Assembly (NCBI RefSeq): GCF_009914755.1
Contig: NC_060935.1
From: the human T2T-CHM13v2.0 reference genome, Homo sapiens
Strand: one strand, 5' to 3'
Length of the DNA stretch: 64,000 nucleotides
Shown here piece by piece: positions 25,701 through 38,504 of this stretch. Position 1 is the stretch's first letter, and each line of letters opens with the position of its first letter. Under the pieces are notes generated by a model. The model saw only the letters and a list, made by a program, of their open reading frames with translations, was not told where the DNA came from and searched no databases. Position numbers and translations under genes: made by a program.

Positions 25701-28700
25701 TCTGAGGATTTCGTTGGAAACGGGATAAACTTCCCAGAACTACAGGGAAGCATTGTGAGAAACTTCTTTGTGATGTTTGCATTCAACTCACAGAGTTGAA
25801 CCTTGCTTTCATAGTTCAGCTTTCAAACACTCTTTTTGTAGAATCTGCAAGTGGATATTTGGACCACTTTGTGGCCTTCCTTCGAAACGGGTATATCTTC
25901 ACATCAAACCTAGACAGAAGCATTCTCAGAATGTTTCCTGTGATGACTGCATTCAACTCACAGAGGTGAACAATCCTGCTGATGGAGCAGTTTTGAAACT
26001 CTCTTTCTTTGGATTCTGCAAGTGGATATGTGGACCTCTGTGAAGATTTCGTTGGAAACGGGTTCATCTTCACAGAAAAACTAAACAGAAGCATTCTCAA
26101 AAACTACTTTGTGATGTTTGTGTTCCACTTCAAGAATTGAACTTTCCTCTTGACAGAGCAGCTCTGAAAACCTCTTTTTCTAGAATCTGCAAGTGGACAT
26201 TTGGAGGGCTTTGAGGCCTGTGGTGGAAAAGGAAAATCTTCACATAAAAACTAGATGGAAGCATTCTCAGAAACTACTTTGTGATGATTGCATTCGACTC
26301 ACAGAGTTGAACATTCCTATAGATAGAGCAGGTTGTAAACAATCTTTTTGTAGAATCTGCGATTGGAGATTTGGACTGCTTTGAGGCCTACTGTAGTAAA
26401 GGAAATAACTTCATCTAAAAACCAAACGGAAGCATTCACAGACAATTCTTAGAGATCATTGGATTGAACTAACACAGCTGAACATTCCTTTAGATGGAGC
26501 AGTTTCCAAACACACTTTCTGTAGAATCTGCAAGTGGATATTTGGACTTCTCTGAGGATTTCGTTGGAAACGGGATAAACTTCCCAGAACTACACGGAAG
26601 CATTGTGAGAAACTTCTTTGTGATGTTTGCATTCAACTCACAGAGTTGAACCTTGCTTTCATAGTTCAGCTTTCAAACACTCTTTTTGTAGAATCTGCAA
26701 GTGGATATTTGGACCACTTTGTGGCCTTCCTTCGAAACGGGTATATCTTCACATCAAACCTAGACAGAAGCATTCTCAGAATGTTTCCTGTGATGACTGC
26801 ATTCAACTCACAGAGGTGAACAATCCTGCTGATGGAGCAGTTTTGAAACTCTCTTTCTTTGGATTCTGCAAGTGGATATGTGGACCTCTGTGAAGATTTC
26901 GTTGGAAACGGGTTCATCTTCACAGAAAAACTAAACAGAAGCATTCTCAGAAACTGCTTTGTGATGTTTGTGTTCCACTTCAGGAATTGAACTTTCCTCT
27001 TGACAGAGCAGCTCTGAAACCCTCTTATTCTAGAATCTGCAAGTGGACATTTGGAGGGCTTTGAGGCCTGTGGTGGAAAAGGAAAATCTTCACATAAAAA
27101 CTAGATGGAAGCATTCTCAGAAACTACTTTGTGATGATTGCATTCGACTCACAGAGTTGAACATTCCTATACATAGAGCAGGTTGTAAACAATCTTTTTG
27201 TAGAATCTGCGATTGGAGATTTGGACTGCTTTGAGGCCTACTGCAGTAAAGGAAATAACTTCATCTCAAAACCAAACGGAAGCATTCACAGACAATTCTT
27301 AGTGATCATTGGATTGAACTAACAGAGCTGAACATTCCTTTAGATGGCGCAGTTTCCAAACACACTTTCTGTAGAATCTGCAAGTGGATATTTGGACCTC
27401 TCTGAGGATTTCGTTGGAAACGGGATAAACTTCCCAGAACTACACGGAAGCATTGTGAGAAACTTCTTTGTGATGTTTGCATTCAACTCACAGAGTTGAA
27501 CCTTGCTTTCATAGTTCAGCTTTCAAACACTCTTTTTGTAGAATCTGCAAGTGGATATTTGGACCATTTTGTGGCCTTCTTTCGAAACGGGTATATCTTC
27601 ACATCAAACCTAGACAGAAGCATTCTCAGAATGTTTCCTGTGATGACTGCATTCAACTCACAGAGGTGAACAATCCTGCTGATGGAGCAGTTTTGAAACT
27701 CTCTTTCTTTGGATTCTGCAAGTGGATATGTGGACCTCTGTGAAGATTTCGTTGGAAACGGGTTCATCTTCACAGAAAAACTAAACAGGAGCATTCTCAG
27801 AAACTGCTTTGTGATGTTTGTGTTCCACTTAAAGAATTGAACTTTCCTCTTGACAGAGCAGCTCTGAAACCCTCTTTTTCTAGAATCTGCAAGTGGACAT
27901 TTGGAGGGCTTTGAGGCCTGTGGTGGAAAAGGAAAATCGTCACATAAAAACTTTATGGAAGCATTCTCAGAAACTTCTTTGTGATGATTGCATTCGACTC
28001 ACAGAGTTGAACATTCCTATAGATAGAGCAGGTTGTAAACAATCTTTTTGTAGAATCTGCGATTGGAGATTTGGACTGCTTTGAGGCCTACTGTAGTAAA
28101 GGAAATTACTTCATCTAAAAACCAAACGGAAGCATTCACAGACAATTCTTAGTGATCATTGCATTGAACTAACAGAGCTGAACATTCCTTTAGATGGAGC
28201 AGTTTCCAAACCCACTTTCTGTAGAATCTGCAAGTGGATATTTGGACTTCTCTGAGGATTTCGTTGGAAACGGGATAAACTTCCCAGAACTACACGGAAG
28301 CATTGTGAGAAACTTCTTTGTGATGTTTGCATTCAACTCACAGAGTTGAACCTTGCTTTCATAGTTCAGCTTTCAAACACTCTTTTTGTAGAATCTGCAA
28401 GTGGATATTTGGACCACTTTGTGGCCTTCCTTCGAAACGGGTATATCTTCACATCAAACCTAGACAGAAGCATTCTCAGAATGTTTCCTGTGATGACTGC
28501 ATTCAACTCACAGAGTTGAATAATCCTGTTGATGGAGCACTTTTGAAACTCTCTTTCTTTGGATTCTGCAAGTTGATATGTGGACCTCTGTGAAGATTTC
28601 GTTGGAAACGGGTTCATCTTCACAGAAAAACTAAACAGAAGCATTCTCAGAAACTACTTTGTGATGTTTTTGTTCCACTTCAAGAACTGAACTTTCCTCT

Positions 28701-31700
28701 TGACAGAGCAGCTCTGAAACCCTCTTTTTCTAGAATCTGCAAGTGGACATTTGGAGGGCTTTGAGGCCTGTGGTGGAAAAGGAAAATCTTCACATAAAAA
28801 CTAGATGGAAGCATTCTCAGAAACTACTTTGTGATGATTGCATTCGACTCACAGAGTTGAACATTCCTATACATAGAGCAGGTTGTAAACAATCTTTTTG
28901 TAGAATCTGCGATTGGAGATTTGGACTGCTTTGAGGCCTACTGCAGTAAAGGAAATAACTTCATCTCAAAACCAAACGGAAGCATTCACAGACAATTCTT
29001 AGTGATCATTGGATTGAACTAACAGAGCTGAACATTCCTTTAGATGGCGCAGTTTCCAAACACACTTTCTGTAGAATCTGCAAGTGGATATTTGGACCTC
29101 TCTGAGGATTTCGTTGGAAACGGGATAAACTTCCCAGAACTACACGGAAGCATTGTGAGAAACTTCTTTGTGATGTTTGCATTCAACTCACAGAGTTGAA
29201 CCTTGCTTTCATAGTTCAGCTTTCAAACACTCTTTTTGTAGAATCTGCAAGTGGATATTTGGACCATTTTGTGGCCTTCTTTCGAAACGGGTATATCTTC
29301 ACATCAAACCTAGACAGAAGCATTCTCAGAATGTTTCCTGTGATGACTGCATTCAACTCACAGAGGTGAACAATCCTGCTGATGGAGCAGTTTTGAAACT
29401 CTCTTTCTTTGGATTCTGCAAGTGGATATGTGGACCTCTGTGAAGATTTCGTTGGAAACGGGTTCATCTTCACAGAAAAACTAAACAGGAGCATTCTCAG
29501 AAACTGCTTTGTGATGTTTGTGTTCCACTTAAAGAATTGAACTTTCCTCTTGACAGAGCAGCTCTGAAACCCTCTTTTTCTAGAATCTGCAAGTGGACAT
29601 TTGGAGGGCTTTGAGGCCTGTGGTGGAAAAGGAAAATCGTCACATAAAAAATTTATGGAAGCATTCTCAGAAACTTCTTTGTGATGATTGCATTCGACTC
29701 ACAGAGTTGAACATTCCTATAGATAGAGCAGGTTGTAAACAATCTTTTTGTAGAATCTGCGATTGGAGATTTGGACTGCTTTGAGGCCTACTGTAGTAAA
29801 GGAAATTACTTCATCTAAAAACCAAACGGAAGCATTCACAGATAATTCTTAGTGATCATTGCATTGAACTAACAGAGCTGAACATTCCTTTAGATGGAGC
29901 AGTTTCCAAACCCACTTTCTGTAGAATCTGCAAGTGGATATTTGGACTTCTCTGAGGATTTCGTTGGAAACGGGATAAACTTCCCAGAACTACACGGAAG
30001 CATTGTGAGAAACTTCTTTGTGATGTTTGCATTCAACTCACAGAGTTGAACCTTGCTTTCATAGTTCAGCTTTCAAACACTCTTTTTGTAGAATCTGCAA
30101 GTGGATATTTGGACCACTTTGTGGCCTTCCTTCGAAACGGGTATATCTTCACATCAAACCTAGACAGAAGCATTCTCAGAATGTTTCCTGTGATGACTGC
30201 ATTCAACTCACAGAGGTGAACAATCCTGCTGATGGAGCAGTTTTGAAACTCTCTTTCTTTGGATTCTGCAAGTGGATATGTGGACCTCTGTGAAGATTTC
30301 GTTGGAAAAGGGTTCATCTTCACAGAAAAACTAAACAGGAGCATTCTCAGAAACTGCTTTGTGATGTTTGTGTTCCACTTCAAGAATTGAACTTTCCTCT
30401 TGACAGAGCAGCTCTGAAACCCTCTTTTTCTAGAATCTGCAAGTGGACATTTGGAGGGCTTTGAGGCCTGTGGTGGAAAAGGAAAATCTTCACATAAAAA
30501 CTAGATGGAAGCATTCTCAGAAACTACTTTGTGATGATTGCATTCGACTCACAGAGTTGAACATTCCTATAGATAGAGCAGGTTGTAAACAATCTTTCTG
30601 TAGAATCTGCGATTGGAGATTTGGACTGCTTTGAGGCCTACTGTAGTAAAGGAAATAACTTCATCTAAAAACCAAACGGAAGCATTCACAGACAATTCTT
30701 AGTGATCATTGGATTGAACTAACAGAGCTGAACATTCCTTTAGATGGACCAGTTTCCAAACACACTTTCTGTAGAATCTGCAAGTGGATATTTGGACTTC
30801 TCTGAGGATTTCGTTGGAAACGGGATAAACTTCCGAGAACTACAGGGAAGCATTGTGAGAAACTTCTTTGTGATGTTTGCATTCAACTCACAGAGTTGAA
30901 CCTTGCTTTCATAGTTCAGCTTTCAAACACTCTTTTTGTAGAATCTGCAAGTGGATATTTGGACCACTTTGTGGCCTTCCTTCGAAACGGGTATATCTTC
31001 ACATCAAACCTAGACAGAAGCATTCTCAGAATGTTTCCTGTGATGACTGCATTCAACTCACAGAGGTGAACAATCCTGCTGATGGAGCAGTTTTGAAACT
31101 CTCTTTCTTTGGATTCTGCAAGTGGATATGTGGACCTCTGTGAAGATTTCGTTGGAAACGGGTTCATCTTCACAGAAAAACTAAACAGGAGCATTCTCAG
31201 AAACTGCTTTGTGATGTTTGTGTTCCACTTAAAGAATTGAACTTTCCTCTTGACAGAGCAGCTCTGAAACCCTCTTTTTCTAGAATCTGCAAGTGGACAT
31301 TTGGAGGGCTTTGAGGCCTGTGGTGGAAAAGGAAAATCTTCACATAAAAACTTTATGGAAGCATTCTCAGAAACTACTTTGTGATGATTGCATTCGACTC
31401 ACAGAGTTGAACATTCCTATAGATAGAGCAGGTTGTAAACAATCTTTTTGTAGAGTCTGCGATTGGAGATTTGGACTGCTTTGAGGCCTACTGTAGTAAA
31501 GGAAATTACTTCATCTAAAAACCAAACGGAAGCATTCACAGACAATTCTTAGTGATCATTGGATTGAACTAACAGAGCTGAACATTCCTTTAGATGGAGC
31601 AGTTTCCAAACCCACTTTCTGTAGAATCTGCAAGTGGATATTTGGACCTCTCTGAGGATTTCGTTGGAAAAGGGATAAACTTCCCAGAACTACACGGAAG

Positions 31701-34700
31701 CATTGTGAGAAACTTCTTTGTGATGTTTGCATTCAACTCACAGAGTTGAACCTTGTTTTCATAGTTCAGCTTTCAAACACTCTTTTTGTAGAATCTGCAA
31801 GTGGATATTTGGACCACTTTGTGGCCTTCCTTCGAAACGGGTATATCTTCACATCAAACCTAGACAGAAGCATTCTCAGAATGTTTCCTGTGATGACTGC
31901 ATTCAACTCACAGAGGTGAACAATCCTGTTGATGGAGCACTTTTGAAACTCTCTTTCTTTGGATTCTGCAAGTTGATATGTGGACCTCTGTGAAGATTTC
32001 GTTGGAAACGAGTTCATCTTCACAGAAAAACTAAACAGAAGCATTCTCAAAAACTACTTTGTGATGTTTGTGTTCCACTTCAAGAATTGAACTTTCCTCT
32101 TGACAGAGCAGCTCTGAAAACCTCTTTTTCTAGAATCTGCAAGTGGACATTTGGAGGGCTTTGAGACCTGTGGTGGAAAAGGAAAATCTTCACATAAAAA
32201 CTAGATGGAAGCATTCTCAGAAACTACTTTGTGATGATTGCATTCGACTCACAGAGTTGAACATTCCTATAGATAGAGCAGGTTGTAAACAATCTTTTTC
32301 TAGAATCTGCGATTGGAGATTTGGACTGCTTTGAGGCCTACTGTAGTAAAGGAAATAACTTCATCTAAAAACCAAACGGAAGCATTCACAGACAATTCTT
32401 AGAGATCATTGGATTGAACTAACACAGCTGAACATTCCTTTAGATGGAGCAGTTTCCAAACACACTTTCTGCAGAATCTGCAAGTGGATATTTGGACTTC
32501 TCTGAGGATTTCGTTGGAAACGGGATAAACTTCCCAGAACTACACGGAAGAATTGTGAGAAACTTCTTTGTGATGTTTGCATTCAACTCACAGAGTTGAA
32601 CCTTGCTTTCATAGTTCAGCTTTCAAACACTCTTTTTGTAGAATCTGCAAGTGGATATTTGGACCACTTTGTGGCCTTCCTTCGAAACGGGTATATCTTC
32701 ACATCAAACCTAGACAGAAGCATTCTCAGAATGTTTCCTGTGATGACTGCATTCAACTCACAGAGGTGAACAATCCTGCTGATGGAGCAGTTTTGAAACT
32801 CTCTTTCTTTGGATTCTGCAAGTGGATATGTGGACCTCTGTGAAGATTTCGTTGGAAAAGGGTTCATCTTCACAGAAAAACTAAACAGGAGCATTCTCAG
32901 AAACTGCTTTGTGATGTTTGTGTTCCACTTCAAGAATTGAACTTTCCTCTTGACAGAGCAGCTCTGAAACCCTCTTTTTCTAGAATCTGCAAGTGGACAT
33001 TTGGAGGGCTTTGAGGCCTGTGGTGGAAAAGGAAAATCTTCACATAAAAACTAGATGGAAGCATTCTCAGAAACTACTTTGTGATGATTGCATTCGACTC
33101 ACAGAGTTGAACATTCCTATAGATAGAGCAGGTTGTAAACAATCTTTCTGTAGAATCTGCGATTGGAGATTTGGACTGCTTTGAGGCCTACTGTAGTAAA
33201 GGAAATAACTTCATCTAAAAACCAAACGGAAGCATTCACAGACAATTCTTAGTGATCATTGGATTGAACTAACAGAGCTGAACATTCCTTTAGATGGAGC
33301 AGTTTCCAAACACACTTTCTGTAGAATCTGCAAGTGGATATTTGGACTTCTCTGAGGATTTCGTTGGAAACGGGATAAACTTCCGAGAACTACAGGGAAG
33401 CATTGTGAGAAACTTCTTTGTGATGTTTGCATTCAACTCACAGAGTTGAACCTTGCTTTCATAGTTCAGCTTTCAAACACTCTTTTTGTAGAATCTGCAA
33501 GTGGATATTTGGACCACTTTGTGGCCTTCCTTCGAAACGGGTATATCTTCACATCAAACCTAGACAGAAGCATTCTCAGAATGTTTCCTGTGACGACTGC
33601 ATTCAACTCACAGAGGTGAACAATCCTGCTGATGGAGCAGTTTTGAAACTCTCTTTCTTTGGATTCTGCAAGTGGATATGTGGACCTCTGTGAAGATTTC
33701 GTTGGAAACGGGTTCATCTTCACAGAAAAACTAAACAGAAGCATTCTCAGAAACTGCTTTGTGATGTTTGTGTTCCACTTCAGGAATTGAACTTTCCTCT
33801 TGACAGAGCAGCTCTGAAACCCTCTTATTCTAGAATCTGCAAGTGGACATTTGGAGGGCTTTGAGGCCTGTGGTGGAAAAGGAAAATCTTCACATAAAAA
33901 CTAGATGGAAGCATTCTCAGAAACTACTTTGTGATGATTGCATTCGACTCACAGAGTTGAACATTCCTATAGATAGAGCAGGTTGTAAACAATCTTTTTG
34001 TAGAATCTGCGATTGGAGATTTGGACTGCTTTGAGGCCTACTGTAGTAAAGGAAATAACTTCATCTAAAAACCAAACGGAAGCATTCACAGACAATTCTT
34101 AGTGATCATTGGATTGAACTAACAGAGCTGAACATTCCTTTAGATGGAGCAGTTTCCAAACCCACTTTCTGTAGAATCTGCAAGTGGATATTTGGACTTC
34201 TCTGAGGATTTCGTTGGAAACGGGATAAACTTCCCAGAACTACAGGGAAGCATTGTGAGAAACTTCATTGTGATGTTTGCATTCAACTCACAGAGTTGAA
34301 CCTTGCTTTCATAGTTCAGCTTTCAAACACTCTTTTTGTAGAATCTGCAAGTGGATATTTGGACCACTTTGTGGCCTTCCTTCGAAACGGGTATATCTTC
34401 ACATCAAACCTAGACAGAAGCATTCTCAGAATGTTTCCTGTGATGACTGCATTCAACTCACAGAGGTGAACAATCCTGCTGATGGAGCAGTTTTGAAACT
34501 CTCTTTCTTTGGATTCTGCAAGTGGATATGTGGACCTCTGTGAAGATTTCGTTGGAAACGGGTTCATCTTCACAGAAAAACTAAACAGGAGCATTCTCAG
34601 AAACTGCTTTGTGATGTTTGTGTTCCACTTCAAGAATTGAACTTTCCTCTTGACAGAGCAGCTCTGAAACCCTCTTTTTCTAGAATCTGCAAGTGGACAT

Positions 34701-37700
34701 TTGGAGGGCTTTGAGGCCTGTGGTGGAAAAGGAAAATCTTCACATAAAAACTAGATGGAAGCATTCTCAGAAACTACTTTGTGATGATTGCATTCGACTC
34801 ACAGAGTTGAACATTCCTATAGATAGAGCAGGTTGTAAACAATCTTTTTGTAGAATCTGCGATTGGAGATTTGGACTGCTTTGAGGCCTACTGTAGTAAA
34901 GGAAATAACTTCATCTAAAAACCAAACGGAAGCATTCACAGACAATTCTTAGTGATCATTGCATTGAACTAACAGAGCTGAACATTCCTTTAGATGGCGC
35001 AGTTTCCAAACACACTTTCTGTAGAATCTGCAAGTGGATATTTGGACCTCTCTGAGGATTTCGTTGGAAACGGGATAAACTTCCCAGAACTACACGGAAG
35101 CATTGTGAGAAACTTCTTTGTGATGTTTGCATTCAACTCACAGAGTTGAACCTTGCTTTCATAGTTCAGCTTTCAAACACTCTTTTTGTAGAATCTGCAA
35201 GTGGATATTTGGACCACATTGTGGCCTTCCTTCGAAACGGGTATATCTTCACATCAAACCTAGTCAGAAGCATTCTCAGAATGTTTCCTGTGATGACTGC
35301 ATTCAACTCACAGAGGTGAACAATCCTGCTGATGGAGCAGTTTTGAAACTCTCTTTCTTTGGATTCTGCAAGTGGATATGTGGACCTCTGTGAAGATTTC
35401 GTTGGAAACGGGTTCATCTTCACAGAAAAACTAAACAGGAGCATTCTCAGAAACTGCTTTGTGATGTTTGTGTTCCACTTAAAGAATTGAACTTTCCTCT
35501 TGACAGAGCAGCTCTGAAACCCTCTTTTTCTAGAATCTGCAAGTGGACATTTGGAGGGCTTTGAGGCCTGTGGTGGAAAAGGAAAATCGTCACATAAAAA
35601 CTTTATGGAAGCATTCTCAGAAACTTCTTTGTGATGATTGCATTCGACTCACAGAGTTGAACATTCCTATAGATAGAGCAGGTTGTAAACAATCTTTTTG
35701 TAGAATCTGCGATTGGAGATTTGGACTGCTTTGAGGCCTGCTGTAGTAAAGGAAATTACTTCATCTAAAAACCAAACGGAAGCATTCACAGACAATTCTT
35801 AGTGATCATTGCATTGAACTAACAGAGCTGAACATTCCTTTAGATGGAGCAGTTTCCAAACCCACTTTCTGTAGAATCTGCAAGTGGATATTTGGACTTC
35901 TCTGAGGATTTCGTTGGAAACGGGATAAACTTCCCAGAACTACACGGAAGCATTGTGAGAAACTTCTTTGTGATGTTTGCATTCAACTCATAGAGTTGAA
36001 CCTTGCTTTCATAGTTCAGCTTTCAAACACTCTTTTTGTAGAATCTGCAAGTGGATATTTGGACCACTTTGTGGCCTTCCTTCGAAACGGGTATATCTTC
36101 ACATCAAACCTAGACAGAAGCATTCTCAGAATGTTTCCTTTGATGACTGCATTCAACTCACAGAGGTGAATAATCCTGTTGATGGAGCACTTTTGAAACT
36201 CTCTTTCTTTGGATTCTGCAAGTTGATATGTGGACCTCTGTGAAGATTTCGTTGGAAACGGGTTCATCTTCACAGAAAAACTAAACAGAAGCATTCTCAG
36301 AAACTACTTTGTGATGTTTTTGTTCCACTTCAAGAATTGAACTTTCCTCTTGACAGAGCAGCTCTGAAACCCTCTTTTTCTAGAATCTGCAAGTGGACAT
36401 TGGGAGGGCTTTGAGGCCTGTGGTGGAAAAGGAAAATCTTCACATAAAAACTAGATGGAAGCATTCTCAGAAACTACTTTGTGATGATTGCATTCGACTC
36501 ACAGAGTTGAACATTCCTATAGATAGAGCAGGTTGTAAACAATCTTTTTGTAGAATCTGCGATTGGAGATTTGGACTGCTTTGAGGCCTACTGTAGTAAA
36601 GGAAATAACTTCATCTAAAAACCAAACGGAAGCATTCACAGACAATTCTTAGTGATCATTGCATTGAACTAACAGAGGTGAACATTCCTTTAGATGGCGC
36701 AGTTTCCAAACACACTTTCTGTAGAATCTGCAAGTGTATATTTGGACTTCTCTGAGGATTTCTTTGGAAACGGGATAAACTTCCCAGAACTACACGGAAG
36801 CATTGTGAGAAAATTCTTTGTGATGTTTGCATTCAACTCACAGAGTTGAACCTTGCTTTCATAGTTCAGCTTTCAAACACTCTTTTTGTAGAATCTGCAA
36901 GTGGATATTTGGACCACTTTGTGGCCTTCCTTCGAAACGGGTATATCTTCACATCAAACATAGACAGAAGCATTCTCAGAATGTTTCCTGTGATGACTGC
37001 ATTCAACTCACAGAGGTGAACAATCCTGCTGATGGAGCAGTTTTGAAACTCTCTTTCTTTGGATTCTGCAAGTGGATATGTGGACCTCTGTGAAGATTTC
37101 GTTGGAAACGGGTTCATCTTCACAGAAAAACTAAACAGGAGCATTCTCAGAAACTGCTTTGTGATGTTTGTGTTCCACTTAAAGAATTGAACTTTCCTCT
37201 TGACAGAGCAGCTCTGAAACCCTCTTTTTCTAGAATCTGCAAGTGGACATTTGGAGGGCTTTGAGGCCTGTGGTGGAAAAGGAAAATCTTCACATAAAAA
37301 CTTTATGGAAGCATTCTCAGAAACTTCTTTGTGATGATTGCATTCGACTCACAGAGTTGAACATTCCTATAGATAGAGCAGGTTGTAAACAATCTTTTTG
37401 TAGAGTCTGCGATTGGAGATTTGGACTGCTTTGAGGCCTACTGTAGTAAAGGAAATTACTTCATCTAAAAACCAAACGGAAGCATTCACAGACAATTCTT
37501 AGTGATCATTGGATTGAACTAACAGAGCTGAACATTCCTTTAGATGGAGCAGTTTCCAAAAACACTTTCTGTAGAATCTGCAAGTGGATATTTGGACTTC
37601 TCTGAGGATTTCGTTGGAAACGGGATAAACTTCCCAGAACTACACGGAAGCATTGTGAGAAACTTCTTTGTGATGTTTGCATTCAACTCACAGAGTTGAA

Positions 37701-38504
37701 CCTTGTTTTCATAGTTCAGCTTTCAAACACTCTTTTTGTAGAATCTGCAAGTGGATATTTGGACCAGTTTGTGGCCTTCCTTCGAAACGGGTATATCTTC
37801 ACATCAAACCTAGACAGAAGCATTCTCAGAATGTTTCCTGTGATGACTGCATTCAACTCACAGAGGTGAACAATCCTGTTGATGGAGCACTTTTGAAACT
37901 CTCTTTCTTTGGATTCTGCAAGTTGATATGTGGACCTCTGTGAAGATTTCGTTGGAAACGGGTTCATCTTCACAGAAAAACTAAACAGAAGCATTCTCAG
38001 AAACTACTTTGTGATGTTTGTGTTCCACTTCAAGAATTGAACTTTCCTCTTGACAGAGCAGCTCTGAAACCCTCTTTTTCTAGAATCTGCAAGTGGACAT
38101 TTGGAGGGCTTTGAGGCCTGTGGTGGAAAAGGAAAATCTTCACATAAAAACTAGATGGAAGCATTCTCAGAAACTACTTTGTGATGATTGCATTCGACTC
38201 ACAGAGTTGAACATTCCTATAGATAGAGCAGGTTGTAAACAATCTTTTTGTAGAATCTGCGATTGGAGATTTGGACTGCTTTGAGGCCTACTGTAGTAAA
38301 GGAAGTAACTTCATCTAAAAACCAAACGGAAGCATTCACAGACAATTCTTAGTTATCATTGCATTGAACTAACAGAGCTGAACATTCCTTTAGATGGCGC
38401 AGTTTCCAAACACACTTTCTGTAGAATCTGCAAGTGGATATTTGGACCTCTCTGAGGATTTCGTTGGAAACGGGATAAACTTCCCAGAACTACACGGAAG
38501 CATT
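19781..38504 (+). repeat. Large multi-HOR duplication, copy 2 (22 HORs, ~18.7 kb)
   Basis: Same ordered variants as copy 1. One HOR shorter because of a rearranged segment at ~23.65-24.9 kb. The match ends by 38505 (CATTCT versus CATTGT at 19806). Confidence 0.9.
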
